NCBI GenBank assembly: GCA_963740165.1
Contig: CAVUDC010000005.1
Coordinates: forward strand, 104,012 to 168,011
DNA: 64,000 nucleotides
From: an uncultured Actinomycetota bacterium
GTDB lineage: Bacteria; Actinomycetota; Actinomycetes; Actinomycetales; Microbacteriaceae
Reading direction: 5' to 3'
Below are positions 9,918-19,154 of the stretch, one piece after another. The number at the start of each line of letters is the position of its first letter. Within the stretch, counting starts at the first letter, position 1. Position numbers and translations under genes: made by a program. The notes under the pieces were generated by a model. It did not search any database. It was not told the origin of the DNA and saw only the letters and a list, made by a program, of their open reading frames with translations.

Positions 9918-10889
9918 ATGAACCGCGTATCACCCCAGCACCTGTTCCCGACCCGACGCCTTCGGGCCGTCGCCGTTGCGGCCGCGGTTGTGACGAGCGC
10001 GCTCGCGCTGAGTGCGTGCGCGGGGCCAACGGAAGCCGATTCGACGGGCAGTCTCGAAGGCGCTGTCGTCACCGATGGGTCATCGACCGTGGCGCCATTC
10101 ATCGACGCCGCCTCGTACTTGTTCGAGGCGGTGGAGCCCGACGTCGATGTGGTCGAGACGATTTCCGGCACGTCGGCCGGCTTCCGGGCGTTCTGCGATG
10201 GCGAGACCGACATCTCGAACGCGTCTCGTGCGATCTCGGACGACGAGCTAGCCGCGTGCAAAGAGGCCGGCGTCGAGTTCACCGAAATCATCGTCGCCAA
10301 CGATGGTTTGTCGGTCGTCATCAACCCTGAGAACGACTGGGCCACGGATCTCACGCTCGAGCAACTCGCCACGATGTGGGCGCCCGACTCCGAGGGTGAG
10401 ATCACGAACTGGAACCAGGTCGATCCCGACTTTCCGGATGAGCCCCTGATTCTCTTCGGCGCCGGTGGCGACTCCGGCACATTCGACTACTTCAGCGAGG
10501 CCGTCAATGGCGAAGAAGGCGCGCTCCGGATGGACTACAGCGCCTCCGAAGACGACAACGCGACGGTGGAGGGCGTACGGCGAGAGCTCGGCGGCATCGG
10601 GTTCCTCGGCCTCAGCTACGTCGAAGAGAACGAGGGCCTCATCGCCGCCGCATCCGTGGACGGAGTCGCGCCGACCACCGATACCGTGCAGGACGGCAGC
10701 TATACGCCGCTCAGTCGACCCCTGTTCATCTACGTCGACAATGCTGCGTACGCCGACAAGCCGCAGGTCAAGGCGTTCGTTGACTTCACGGTCGAGAACT
10801 CGGCCGATATCGCGGAACGCGCGCTCGTCGTGCCGCTCACCGACGACCAGATCACCCTCGCCCAAGACGAACTCGCCTCACTTCGCTGA
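9918..10889 (+). CDS. PstS-family phosphate-binding lipoprotein (orphan copy)
   Basis: Lipobox LSAC, DGSSTV, GTSAGF, NASRAI, DSGTFDYF, PLSRPLFIY. Confidence 0.88.
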   Translation: MNRVSPQHLFPTRRLRAVAVAAAVVTSALALSACAGPTEADSTGSLEGAVVTDGSSTVAPFIDAASYLFEAVEPDVDVVETISGTSAGFRAFCDGETDISNASRAISDDELAACKEAGVEFTEIIVANDGLSVVINPENDWATDLTLEQLATMWAPDSEGEITNWNQVDPDFPDEPLILFGAGGDSGTFDYFSEAVNGEEGALRMDYSASEDDNATVEGVRRELGGIGFLGLSYVEENEGLIAAASVDGVAPTTDTVQDGSYTPLSRPLFIYVDNAAYADKPQVKAFVDFTVENSADIAERALVVPLTDDQITLAQDELASLR

Positions 10890-10927
10890 AACGCCACACT
10901 CCGCTGAAACGCCACACCCCGCTGAAC
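10884..10927 (+). repeat. 18-bp tandem repeat (CGCTGAAACGCCACACYC x2.4)
   Basis: Read directly; spans the pstS stop codon and the intergenic spacer. Confidence 0.85.
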
Positions 10928-10938
10928 AGGAACACAAC

Positions 10939-12322
10939 ATGCACATTGTCGCCATCGGCGGAAGCGACGCGGGAATCTCCGCGGCGCTCCGTGCCCGCGA
11001 ACTGCGACCCCTCGGTCGACGTGACCGTCGTCGTCGCGGACGAGTATCCGAACTACTCGATCTGCGGCATCCCCTACTACTTCTCGGGCGACGTGCGGCC
11101 CTGGCAGTCGCTCGCGCACCGGACGCACGCGGATCTCGAGGCGACCGGGATGCGACTGCGGCTGAACACTCTCGCGACCCGGATCGATGCGGGCGCGCAG
11201 CGGTTGACCGTCCGCGATCAGGGCGGAGAATCCGAGATCCCGTACGACGAGCTGATCGTCGGCACGGGCGCGCTTCCGACTTACGCCGGCATAGTGGGGC
11301 TCGGGACGCTCGGGCCTGCAGACGGCGTTCACGTCATCCACTCGATGGGTGACACCTTCGCCCTGGACGCCCATCTCGCCGAGCGTGACCCGCGGACCGC
11401 GATCATCATCGGCGCCGGCTACGTCGGCCTCGAGATGGCCGAGGGTTTCCGCGCTCGCGGTATGCGGGTCATCCAGCTGCAACGCGGGCCCGAGGTGCTG
11501 TCGACTCTCGATCCCGAGCTTGCGTCCACGGTCCACGCGGAGCTTCTCGGGCACGGCGTCGAGGTGCACACGAACACCCGGGTGCAGGCCGTGGAGAAGA
11601 CGGATGCGGGGCTCGTCGCGCACGCCGAGCACCTCGGTCAAACGGTGTCGCACACCGCCGACCTGGTCCTTGCCGTCGTCGGGGTCCGCCCCAATACGTC
11701 GCTTCTCGAAGAGGCAGGTGCGCAGCTCGGCGCCGGGCGCGCGGTCGTCGTGGACGAGCAGATGCGCACCGGCCTCCCGCACGTCTACGCTGCGGGCGAC
11801 GGTGTCGTTACGCACCACCGCTTGCTCGGCGTGACCTATCTGCCGCTCGGCACGACCGCGCATAAGCAAGGACGCGTCGCCGGTGAGAACGCCGTCGGCG
11901 GGCTGGCGCGTTTCGCGGGCTCGGTCGGCACCCAGGTGGTCAAGGTGTTCGACGTCGTGGCGGCGCGCACGGGTCTGCGCGAGCAGGAGGCCGTGGCGGC
12001 CGGCTTCGCGTCCGCCACCACTCAGATCGCGGCCGACGATCACAAGCGGTACTACCCGGGCGCCCAACCGATCGACATCCGCATCACGGGCGACACCGAG
12101 TCGGGCCTGCTGCTCGGCGCACAGCTCGTCGGGCGTCTCGGCACCGAGACCGCCAAGCGCGTCGACACCTACGCGACCGCCCTGTTCGCCGGGCTCTCGG
12201 TCGAGCAGATCAGCGACCTCGATCTCTCCTACACCCCGCCCCTCGGCTCGCCCTGGGATGCGGTCCAGGTTGCCACACAGGCCTGGTCGCGAGCACACAA
12301 CACCATCGGAGTAAGCGCATGA
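10939..12322 (+). CDS. CoA-disulfide reductase / NADH oxidase-like flavoprotein; +1 frameshift near 11004
   Basis: MHIVAIGGSDAGISAALRARE, then a frame change; YSICGIPY single-Cys centre, GAGYVGLE, YAAGD, DLSYTPP. Confidence 0.85.
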
Positions 12323-12741
12323 CCACGGAATCCATCCCCGCCAAGCCCACGGTTCTTTTCATCTGCCAGCACAACGCGGGCCGCTCGCAGCTCGGCGCGC
12401 ATCTGCTCGACCTCATAGCGCCGGGTCAGTTCGTCTCCACGAGCGCGGGCCTCAAGCCCGCCGCCGAGATCAACCCCGTCGTCGCGGAGTCGCTGAACGA
12501 ACTGGGTGCCGACACATCCGCTGCTCGTCCGCGTCTCGTCACCGAGGATGATCTCGCGAGCGCCGACGTCGTGGTGACGATGAAGCCCGGACTCGCGCTG
12601 CCCGCGCCCGTCGCGGGCCGATTGGTCGAGTGGGAGTTCCCGAACCCCGAGGAGTGGGACCTGGATGGTGTGCGCGGGATGCGCGACGCGGTTGCAGCGC
12701 AGGTGCGCAAGCTCGCAGCCGAGCTGACCACTGCGCGTTAG
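12319..12741 (+). CDS. Single-cysteine LMW-PTP/arsenate reductase
   Basis: VLFICQHNAGRSQ; no other Cys; ATGA overlap with the flavoprotein. Confidence 0.82.
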   Translation: MTTESIPAKPTVLFICQHNAGRSQLGAHLLDLIAPGQFVSTSAGLKPAAEINPVVAESLNELGADTSAARPRLVTEDDLASADVVVTMKPGLALPAPVAGRLVEWEFPNPEEWDLDGVRGMRDAVAAQVRKLAAELTTAR

Positions 12742-12759
12742 TTCCCGCTCTCAGTCGTC

Positions 12760-12830
12760 AACGTATTTACGACAATTATCGGAAACGTATTTACGAGAAA
12801 ATTAGGAAACGTATTTACAGGAAAATTCAT
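12760..12830 (+). repeat. Three AT-rich direct repeats, 24-bp period, core AACGTATTTAC
   Basis: Core at 12760-12770, 12784-12794 and 12808-12818. Confidence 0.92.
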
Positions 12831-12849
12831 CGATGAAGCGATAGAGCCC

Positions 12850-13466
12850 ATGAAGGGCAACGAGTTGTGTGGCGCGCGTTGAGCGATGCTGCATTGAGCG
12901 GACGGCGCACGTGGGCGAACATCGGCGATATCGCCTTCGCGGCAGGAGTCCCTCCTACCACCGCGCATTACGCTATCCAGCGCCTCGCGGATATCGGCGC
13001 CGTCACGCAGCACCCTCGCGGTGGTCTGTCCACGGTCAATCCCGAGAAGGTGCTGACGTTACTCGTTGCATGGCGGAACGTCGCGGCCGACACTGTCGCC
13101 CTCACGACCGTTGATGCCATCCGTCCCGACCTGGCGTCGACAGACGAACCGTACGCTCTCGGCGGTGCAGACGCCGCGATCGTGTATCTCGACGGATGGA
13201 ACAACATCGCGGACAGGGGTCAGCGGTTGATCTATGTGAGCGGGACAGGGTGGGCAGAGCATCTCGAGCCGGGCGAAGAGGTTCGCCTCGTCAAGATGGA
13301 TGAACGCGCCCAGCGAGAGTGGACCAGTGGTTTCGCTAGCCTGGCCCAAACCTGCGCAGACTTGTTCGCCACTCCGGGATGGCAGTCGGAGGAGTCTCGG
13401 AAGGCGCTCTGGCGACGATACCTCCGAGACACAGACTGGGAGCAGCCCGGGTATGCCGACGAGTGA
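12850..13466 (+). CDS. Winged-HTH protein (AbiEi-like antitoxin candidate); ATG at 12850 is out of frame with the GTG-started ORF at 12867
   Basis: IGDIAFAAGVPPTTAHYAIQRLADIGAV HTH; ASLAQTCADLF C-terminal motif; one added base would give MKGNELVWRAL. Confidence 0.6.
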
Positions 13467-14226
13467 TGTGGAGCCCGAGGAACTCGACCGGTTGCACAAC
13501 CTGCTCGACTATGTGGGCTACGAACTCGATCCGTCCATCCTCATCGGGGGGTGGGCAACGAACCTCCGCGTCGGCGGCGACATCAGCCGAGTTATCGATC
13601 TGATCATCAACGATCTCGCATTGCGAAGCGCGCTCCGGGAGAAACTCGACGACTACAGCGAGAACCGACATCACAGTGGCGGCATGAAGGCTCGCGGAAC
13701 TGTGGACGGCGTTCACATCGATGCGTACATCCCCTACGAATCTCAGTTGGGTGACAAACTCCTCCTTCGCGTCGAGGAACTCGCTCGATTCACGGACGCG
13801 GGCGTGATCAAAGGATGGTTCCTGCTGACGCTCGAAGCACATGTTGTGACCAAGATGGCCGCCCTCCTCGACCGGCCAGACACCGAGAAGGGCCAGAAAG
13901 ACGCTCGAGAACTATTGGCCCTTCTCAAGGAAGGCGTCGACCCTGCCGCTGCAATCGCGATTCTCTTCACCGCGTCGGCGGCGGAGCATGCCCTCATTCC
14001 GGGGTACATGGCGCAGGTGTTCGAATTGCTGCCAGAGCGTGCGCGCGCGAACAAGGCGGAGAGGCGCATTCTCGATCGCCTACGCCGAGAATGGATCGCC
14101 GAGGCAGAGCGCCAATCGCGCGACGACGACTCCGCTGGACTTCCCCGCCCGATGCTCTCAGGCGGACTGGGCGAACCAACAGATCTGGGGACTTCAGGGC
14201 GGAGGATAGGGGATTCGAACCCCTGA
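13453..14226 (+). CDS. Pol-beta-like nucleotidyltransferase (AbiEii-like) candidate
   Basis: ILIGGWA...SRVIDL, HIDAY, TKMAALLDR, KGQKD motifs; start overlaps the upstream HTH gene. Confidence 0.6.
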   Translation: MPTSDVEPEELDRLHNLLDYVGYELDPSILIGGWATNLRVGGDISRVIDLIINDLALRSALREKLDDYSENRHHSGGMKARGTVDGVHIDAYIPYESQLGDKLLLRVEELARFTDAGVIKGWFLLTLEAHVVTKMAALLDRPDTEKGQKDARELLALLKEGVDPAAAIAILFTASAAEHALIPGYMAQVFELLPERARANKAERRILDRLRREWIAEAERQSRDDDSAGLPRPMLSGGLGEPTDLGTSGRRIGDSNP

Positions 14227-14284
14227 GAGCTTTCACTCAACACGCTTTCCAAGCGTGCGCCATAGGCCACTAGGCGAATCCTCC
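14200..14284 (-). tRNA. tRNA-Ser(GGA)
   Basis: GGAGGAT acceptor stem, CACGC-TTGGAAA-GCGTG anticodon arm, long variable arm, GGTTCGAATCC T-loop. Confidence 0.96.
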
Positions 14285-14311
14285 TGGGGCCCTCGCGGGC
14301 CGCCGACCATC

Positions 14312-16582
14312 CTATCCTGTCACCCGGGCCTCTGCCCCCCGCCGCCCGAACAGCGACTTGGGCACGAGGGCTGCAGACCAGCGCGTGCGCCTGTCCGAGG
14401 CCGCGATCATCCCTCCGCGAACGGCTCTGACGGCATCGTCGAGCGGCTCACCCGATCGACGCTCGCTCGCCGATCCCGTTGGCGCATAGCTCGAATGCTC
14501 GATCGCTGCGACCAGCACAGCCATCGACGCGGCATCCGCGCCGTGCTCGTCGACCAGCCGCCGCCCGAGCACGCGGGGTGACTCTCCACGAGGCAACGCG
14601 ATGCCCAGATCCGCCGCCGTGTCGGATGCCTCGGCCCACGCCGCTGGGGCATCGCCGGTGTGTGCCGCGATCAGCCGGTGCCGCCGACGGATCGCACGCC
14701 ACAGACCGGGCAACGCGGAAGCCGCGAACACCGCAAGGACCAGAACGATGGACGGGCCGGCGCCCACGGTGGTGTCCCCGGCTGCGGCACCGGTCTCGTC
14801 CAGCCCATCGGTTTGGTCGGGCGGCAGCGATGCGGACGGGGCCTCGGGCGCGAGTGGCGCCGTCTCTTCGGTCAGACCGTCGGCCGTGCCCGGGATCGTG
14901 GACGAGGCGAACGCCGTCGGCACGCCGAGGCTCTTCGTCGGCTCGAAGGGAATCCACCCGATGCCCTCGAAGTAGACCTCGGGCCACGAGTGCAGCTGAG
15001 AGCTGTACACCTCGTACACGGTCTCGTCGTCGATCGAATCGGTCGTCGCCGTCCCGGGCAGGTACCCGACGACGATGCGTGCGGGCATGCCGAGAGTCCG
15101 CGCCATGATCGCGAACGCCGAGGCGAAGTGCACGCAGTAGCCGCTCTTCACGGCGAGGAACTCCTGGACCGCCTCGAGTCCCGTGCCATCGAAGCCGGCA
15201 CGGACGGGTGCGTTGAGCGAATACTCGAATTCGAGACCGCGGAACCACCGCTGCAGCGCTACCAGGGCGTCGTAGTCGCTACTCGTCGCGGATGTCACAG
15301 CGAGGGCCTGCTCGCGGATCGCGGCGACCGCGGGGTCGTTCTCGGGCAGGTCGAGCATCGACGAATCCGACCCCAGAGCGGCTTCGGACGAGCGGATGCG
15401 TTCAGCGGACGGGCGGGGCACATCGTATGTGATCTCGTACTCCTGCCCCTGCGGCGACGAGGAGCGCGAGATGACGGTCCGATTCTGCGGGAGCACCGAC
15501 CAGTCACCCTCGAGGCCGTCGACGCTCACCGCCGGGTAAGGCACCGGCAGCCAGGGGCTCACGTAGTTCACGACCTGCACGGTCGCGGTGTACTCGGCGA
15601 TGGGGATATCCGAGTCGACGACAAGCGGCTCGAACTCCTCGTCGACCGATGTGCCGATGCCCCGGTCCGGCTTCCACTCGTCGCCGTCGAAGCGCGACAA
15701 GGTCACGGCGCGCAGGTATGGTGGGGTCGGTGCATCGCTGCGCACCTGCAGCACCGCGGTGTCTGCCGGGCGCCGGAGGTCGCGGCCGAGGTCGAGGGAC
15801 GGGTCGATCGTATTGCCGCGAATGGCGACGATGCTCGTGCCACCGGGTACCGGTGCGGGCAGTGCGGGTGTCGCGACGATCGCCACGACGAGAGCCGCCG
15901 CTCCGACGCCGACGGCCGTGACGGCCGTGCCGCGCCGCGTTCCTTCGGCCCGGGCGCGATCGCCGTCGCCATTGCCGTTGCCGCCGCGGTCTCGGGTTGC
16001 GGTTTCTCCGCCGAGCAACAGCATCAGGCCCGCGGCGAAGGCGATGAAGGTCCCGATGTCGACGCTTCGGGGCACCGCGATGGCGGGGATGAGATAGATG
16101 GTGATCAACGCCACGGCGGCGAGCAGCGGCATCCGCGCCGAGACGACGACGTGATCGATCGCGATCGCGAGGAGTCCGGCCGCAGCAACGATCAGGAACG
16201 ACAGGGCCACGCCCGCGTCCAAGGGCGCGGCGCCGTCTCGCACCTGAGTCATCGCCGCATCGACGAGAAGCGGAATGTCGCGGAATGTCGCGGGCATCGG
16301 GATGACACCGAACAGGGCGGAATTCCGGAAGAACACGACGCTGACGGTGACGACCCAGACACCGATGCCGATCAGACTCACGGTGAGGGGCGGCAGACCA
16401 AAGCGCCGTGCGACATATCCCGCGGCGAGCACCAGGGCGATGATCGCGAAGGCTCCGACGAGCCAGGCACCCGGTTCGACAACGCGGAGGAGGGGCAGAA
16501 GCGCTGTCGACACCCCGACCAGCACCGCAATCGCGAGGCCCGCAGACGGCCGCGATCGCGACCGGCGCTTAGGCGAAGACAT
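14312..16582 (-). CDS. Membrane transglutaminase-like protein (TgpA/DUF3488)
   Basis: Multi-TM N-terminus; GYCVHFASA, HSWPEVYF, WIPFEPT catalytic motifs. Confidence 0.9.
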   Translation of the reverse strand: MSSPKRRSRSRPSAGLAIAVLVGVSTALLPLLRVVEPGAWLVGAFAIIALVLAAGYVARRFGLPPLTVSLIGIGVWVVTVSVVFFRNSALFGVIPMPATFRDIPLLVDAAMTQVRDGAAPLDAGVALSFLIVAAAGLLAIAIDHVVVSARMPLLAAVALITIYLIPAIAVPRSVDIGTFIAFAAGLMLLLGGETATRDRGGNGNGDGDRARAEGTRRGTAVTAVGVGAAALVVAIVATPALPAPVPGGTSIVAIRGNTIDPSLDLGRDLRRPADTAVLQVRSDAPTPPYLRAVTLSRFDGDEWKPDRGIGTSVDEEFEPLVVDSDIPIAEYTATVQVVNYVSPWLPVPYPAVSVDGLEGDWSVLPQNRTVISRSSSPQGQEYEITYDVPRPSAERIRSSEAALGSDSSMLDLPENDPAVAAIREQALAVTSATSSDYDALVALQRWFRGLEFEYSLNAPVRAGFDGTGLEAVQEFLAVKSGYCVHFASAFAIMARTLGMPARIVVGYLPGTATTDSIDDETVYEVYSSQLHSWPEVYFEGIGWIPFEPTKSLGVPTAFASSTIPGTADGLTEETAPLAPEAPSASLPPDQTDGLDETGAAAGDTTVGAGPSIVLVLAVFAASALPGLWRAIRRRHRLIAAHTGDAPAAWAEASDTAADLGIALPRGESPRVLGRRLVDEHGADAASMAVLVAAIEHSSYAPTGSASERRSGEPLDDAVRAVRGGMIAASDRRTRWSAALVPKSLFGRRGAEARVTG

Positions 16583-17819
16583 GGTGCGCTCCGCGGTCGG
16601 CAACATCTGACCACACGTCGGACAGATCCACGTCGGGGCCGATCGCGGCGGTCCGCCACCCGGCCTGTGTGGCGCGCTCGAGTGCATCCGCGGACGGGCT
16701 GGCGGCGAGCAGGATGGGAAGGCTCGAGTGGTGGGCCAGTGGCGCCAGGACATCGGCGTCCTGAAGACGCAGGACGCCCGTGATCAATACGAGCGGACCT
16801 GCCTCAGCGCCCGCGTAGCGCTGCGCGAGACCCGGCAGCGTGTCGTCGCGGCGAGAGACGAGGGATGCGAACCGCAGCAACATCTGTTCGACATCCTCGG
16901 GCGCGTCGATTCCCGGCAGGGGCTCGCACAGGGGTGTGCCATCGGTGTCGGAAACGACGACCTGGTAGCCGTCCCGGGCAAAACGCAGGACGATCGAGAC
17001 GCAGGTCGAGAGCGCCGCTTCGAACGCGGGATCCACTCCGGTGTCGTGTCGAGCGGAGGCATCCCACCGTGGCGCGCCGAGGTCGAGCAGTACGGTTGCG
17101 GCCGGAGTCGACTCCTGCTCTTCTTGCCGCACCATCAGGGTGTCGCGGTGAGCCGTTGCTCGCCAGTGGATGCGACGCATCGAGTCCCCCGGAGCGTAGG
17201 GGCGCGCAATCAGGTTGTCGGCCCCTTGGCCCAACTGGTCCGTCGAGGCATGCAACGCGCCGCCGGCTTCGCCCGCCGAGATCGCCACATGGGGGAGCGG
17301 GATGGCGGCGGGCACCGCCACGATCCGGGTGTCGCCGACCGGTGTGTGCCTGCGGCGGACGAGACCGAAGGGGTCCGTCGTACGCAGAGTCAGAGGACCG
17401 ATGCTCCAGACGCCTCGCCGTACTGCACGCGCGGTGTAGGCGAGGTCGAGCGGCTGATCGATCCCCGCGGCGCGGGTCGCGAACCCCGATGCGTCCCCTC
17501 GTGCCTCGCCTTCGAGTGCGTCGGGGAGGCCATCCGACCAGTGGATCGTGCCGAAGGGTGAAACGCTCCGCATCGTCACATGGGCGCGTACCCGGGTCGA
17601 CGACCCGACCGGCACGACATCCGGGCGGAGGGTGCGCTCGGCCTGGCCGACTCGGCGCCCGACGTGCAGAACCACGAAGCCGGCCACGAGCAGCGCGACC
17701 AGCAGGCATCCGATGTACATCAACTCCACGATGCCGAGTTCGCCGGCCAGGGCGAAGCTGGCGATCGCGAGCGCTAACGCACCCGTACCGCGCAGGGTCA
17801 AGGGCCAGCCGCGCCTCAT
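16569..17819 (-). CDS. DUF58 domain protein
   Basis: DPFGL, RPYAPGDSMRRIHWRATA, LMVRQEE; located between moxR and the transglutaminase. Confidence 0.9.
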   Translation of the reverse strand: MRRGWPLTLRGTGALALAIASFALAGELGIVELMYIGCLLVALLVAGFVVLHVGRRVGQAERTLRPDVVPVGSSTRVRAHVTMRSVSPFGTIHWSDGLPDALEGEARGDASGFATRAAGIDQPLDLAYTARAVRRGVWSIGPLTLRTTDPFGLVRRRHTPVGDTRIVAVPAAIPLPHVAISAGEAGGALHASTDQLGQGADNLIARPYAPGDSMRRIHWRATAHRDTLMVRQEEQESTPAATVLLDLGAPRWDASARHDTGVDPAFEAALSTCVSIVLRFARDGYQVVVSDTDGTPLCEPLPGIDAPEDVEQMLLRFASLVSRRDDTLPGLAQRYAGAEAGPLVLITGVLRLQDADVLAPLAHHSSLPILLAASPSADALERATQAGWRTAAIGPDVDLSDVWSDVADRGAHHVFA

Positions 17820-18865
17820 GAGTGGGCCGCGACCGGTACCCGAACCGTGGCGGCGATGCGGTCGATGACCGCCGCGACCGTGTCCGTGCCGCCCCGCGCG
17901 CGTGCACCCGTGACGCTGCGCGTCGGGATGAGGCGATGCGCGAAGACCGGTTGGAGCAGCGCGATCAGATCATCGGGGATGACGAAGTTGCGGGCATCCA
18001 GCGCCGCCCACACTTTGGCGGCACGCACGAGCTGGAGCGTCGCACGCGGGCTCGCACCGAGCCGCAATTCGGGGTGCGATCGCGTGGCCTGCGAGAGCGC
18101 CACGGCGTACTCCCCGACCGAGGGTGAGACGTGAACGCTGCGCGCGAACGCGATCATGCGCGACACCTCGGAGGTGGTCACGACGGGTTGCAGGGCTTCG
18201 AGCGGATTGACGGTATCGCGCTGGCGCAGCATCAGCGCCTCGGACGCGGCATCGGGGTACCCCATCGAGATCCGGATCATGAACCGGTCGCGCTGTGCTT
18301 CGGGCAGGGCGTAGGTGCCCTCCATCTCGAGCGGATTCTGCGTGGCCACCACGAGGAACGGGTCGGGCAGCGGATGCGTCCGGCCATCCACGGTGACCTG
18401 ACCCTCTTCCATCGCCTCGAGCAGCGCGGACTGGGTCTTGGGCGACGAGCGGTTGATCTCATCGGCGATGACGATGTGCGCGAAGATCGCGCCGGACTTG
18501 AACTCGAACTCACGCTCGGCCGGGTCGTACACCGACACACCGGTCACGTCACCGGGAAGCAGGTCCGGGGTGAACTGGATGCGCCTCACGCTCGCGTCCA
18601 CGGATGCCGCTAAAGCCTTCGCGAGCATCGTCTTACCGACTCCCGGGACATCCTCGATCAGCAGGTGTCCCTCGGCGAGCAGGGCCACGAGGGCTGTGCG
18701 CACAGCCGCGGGCTTGCCATCGATCACGCTCGAGACGGATGAACCGATCGCGCGGGTGAGCTCCGAGAACCTCTCCGCATCCATGGGTATGGGAGGAGCG
18801 GGGGACATCCTGCGCCGCAGGTCGGCCCCGTCGAGCAGCTCGGCAGGTGCGGGTGAATCCGGCAT
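17816..18865 (-). CDS. MoxR-family AAA+ ATPase
   Basis: EDVPGVGKT, RIQFTPDLLPGD, DEINR, ATQNP, LPEAQRDRF; start uncertain. Confidence 0.93.
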   Translation of the reverse strand: MPDSPAPAELLDGADLRRRMSPAPPIPMDAERFSELTRAIGSSVSSVIDGKPAAVRTALVALLAEGHLLIEDVPGVGKTMLAKALAASVDASVRRIQFTPDLLPGDVTGVSVYDPAEREFEFKSGAIFAHIVIADEINRSSPKTQSALLEAMEEGQVTVDGRTHPLPDPFLVVATQNPLEMEGTYALPEAQRDRFMIRISMGYPDAASEALMLRQRDTVNPLEALQPVVTTSEVSRMIAFARSVHVSPSVGEYAVALSQATRSHPELRLGASPRATLQLVRAAKVWAALDARNFVIPDDLIALLQPVFAHRLIPTRSVTGARARGGTDTVAAVIDRIAATVRVPVAAHS

Positions 18866-19036
18866 GCGACCCCCTGGATCGTCGTCGGGTGGAGGGGGCG
18901 ACATCGACCCCGCGTTACCCAATCGTAACCCCGGTGGCGTGCAGGAGGCCGGGAGTTGACTGACTCCGCGGGGATCCCCCGGTGAAGGGGCCCACTCGTT
19001 CTCGACGGCGGGGGAGGGATGGTTAGACTGGGGGCA

Positions 19037-19122
19037 GCTCTCCGCGCGGCGGTATCCAGGCCAACTCCCCCAGGACGGAAACGTAGCAAGGGTAACCAGG
19101 CTCTGCCGGGTGCGCGGAGAGT
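19037..19122 (+). ncRNA. ffs: Signal recognition particle RNA (4.5S)
   Basis: Long hairpin CTCTCCGCGC...GCGCGGAGAG with domain IV CAGG-ACG-GAAA-CGT-AGCA; -10 TAGACT at 19024-19029. Confidence 0.9.
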
Positions 19123-19154
19123 CTTACTCTTTCCAGGCGCCTAGGCTGGACGAC

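Noticed and set aside
12738-13013. Minus-strand ORF with repeated VNTFP peptide, and the repeats as a mini-CRISPR
   Set aside because: The peptide is just a translation of the 24-bp DNA repeats; the 11-bp core, similar 13-bp linkers and absence of cas genes exclude CRISPR
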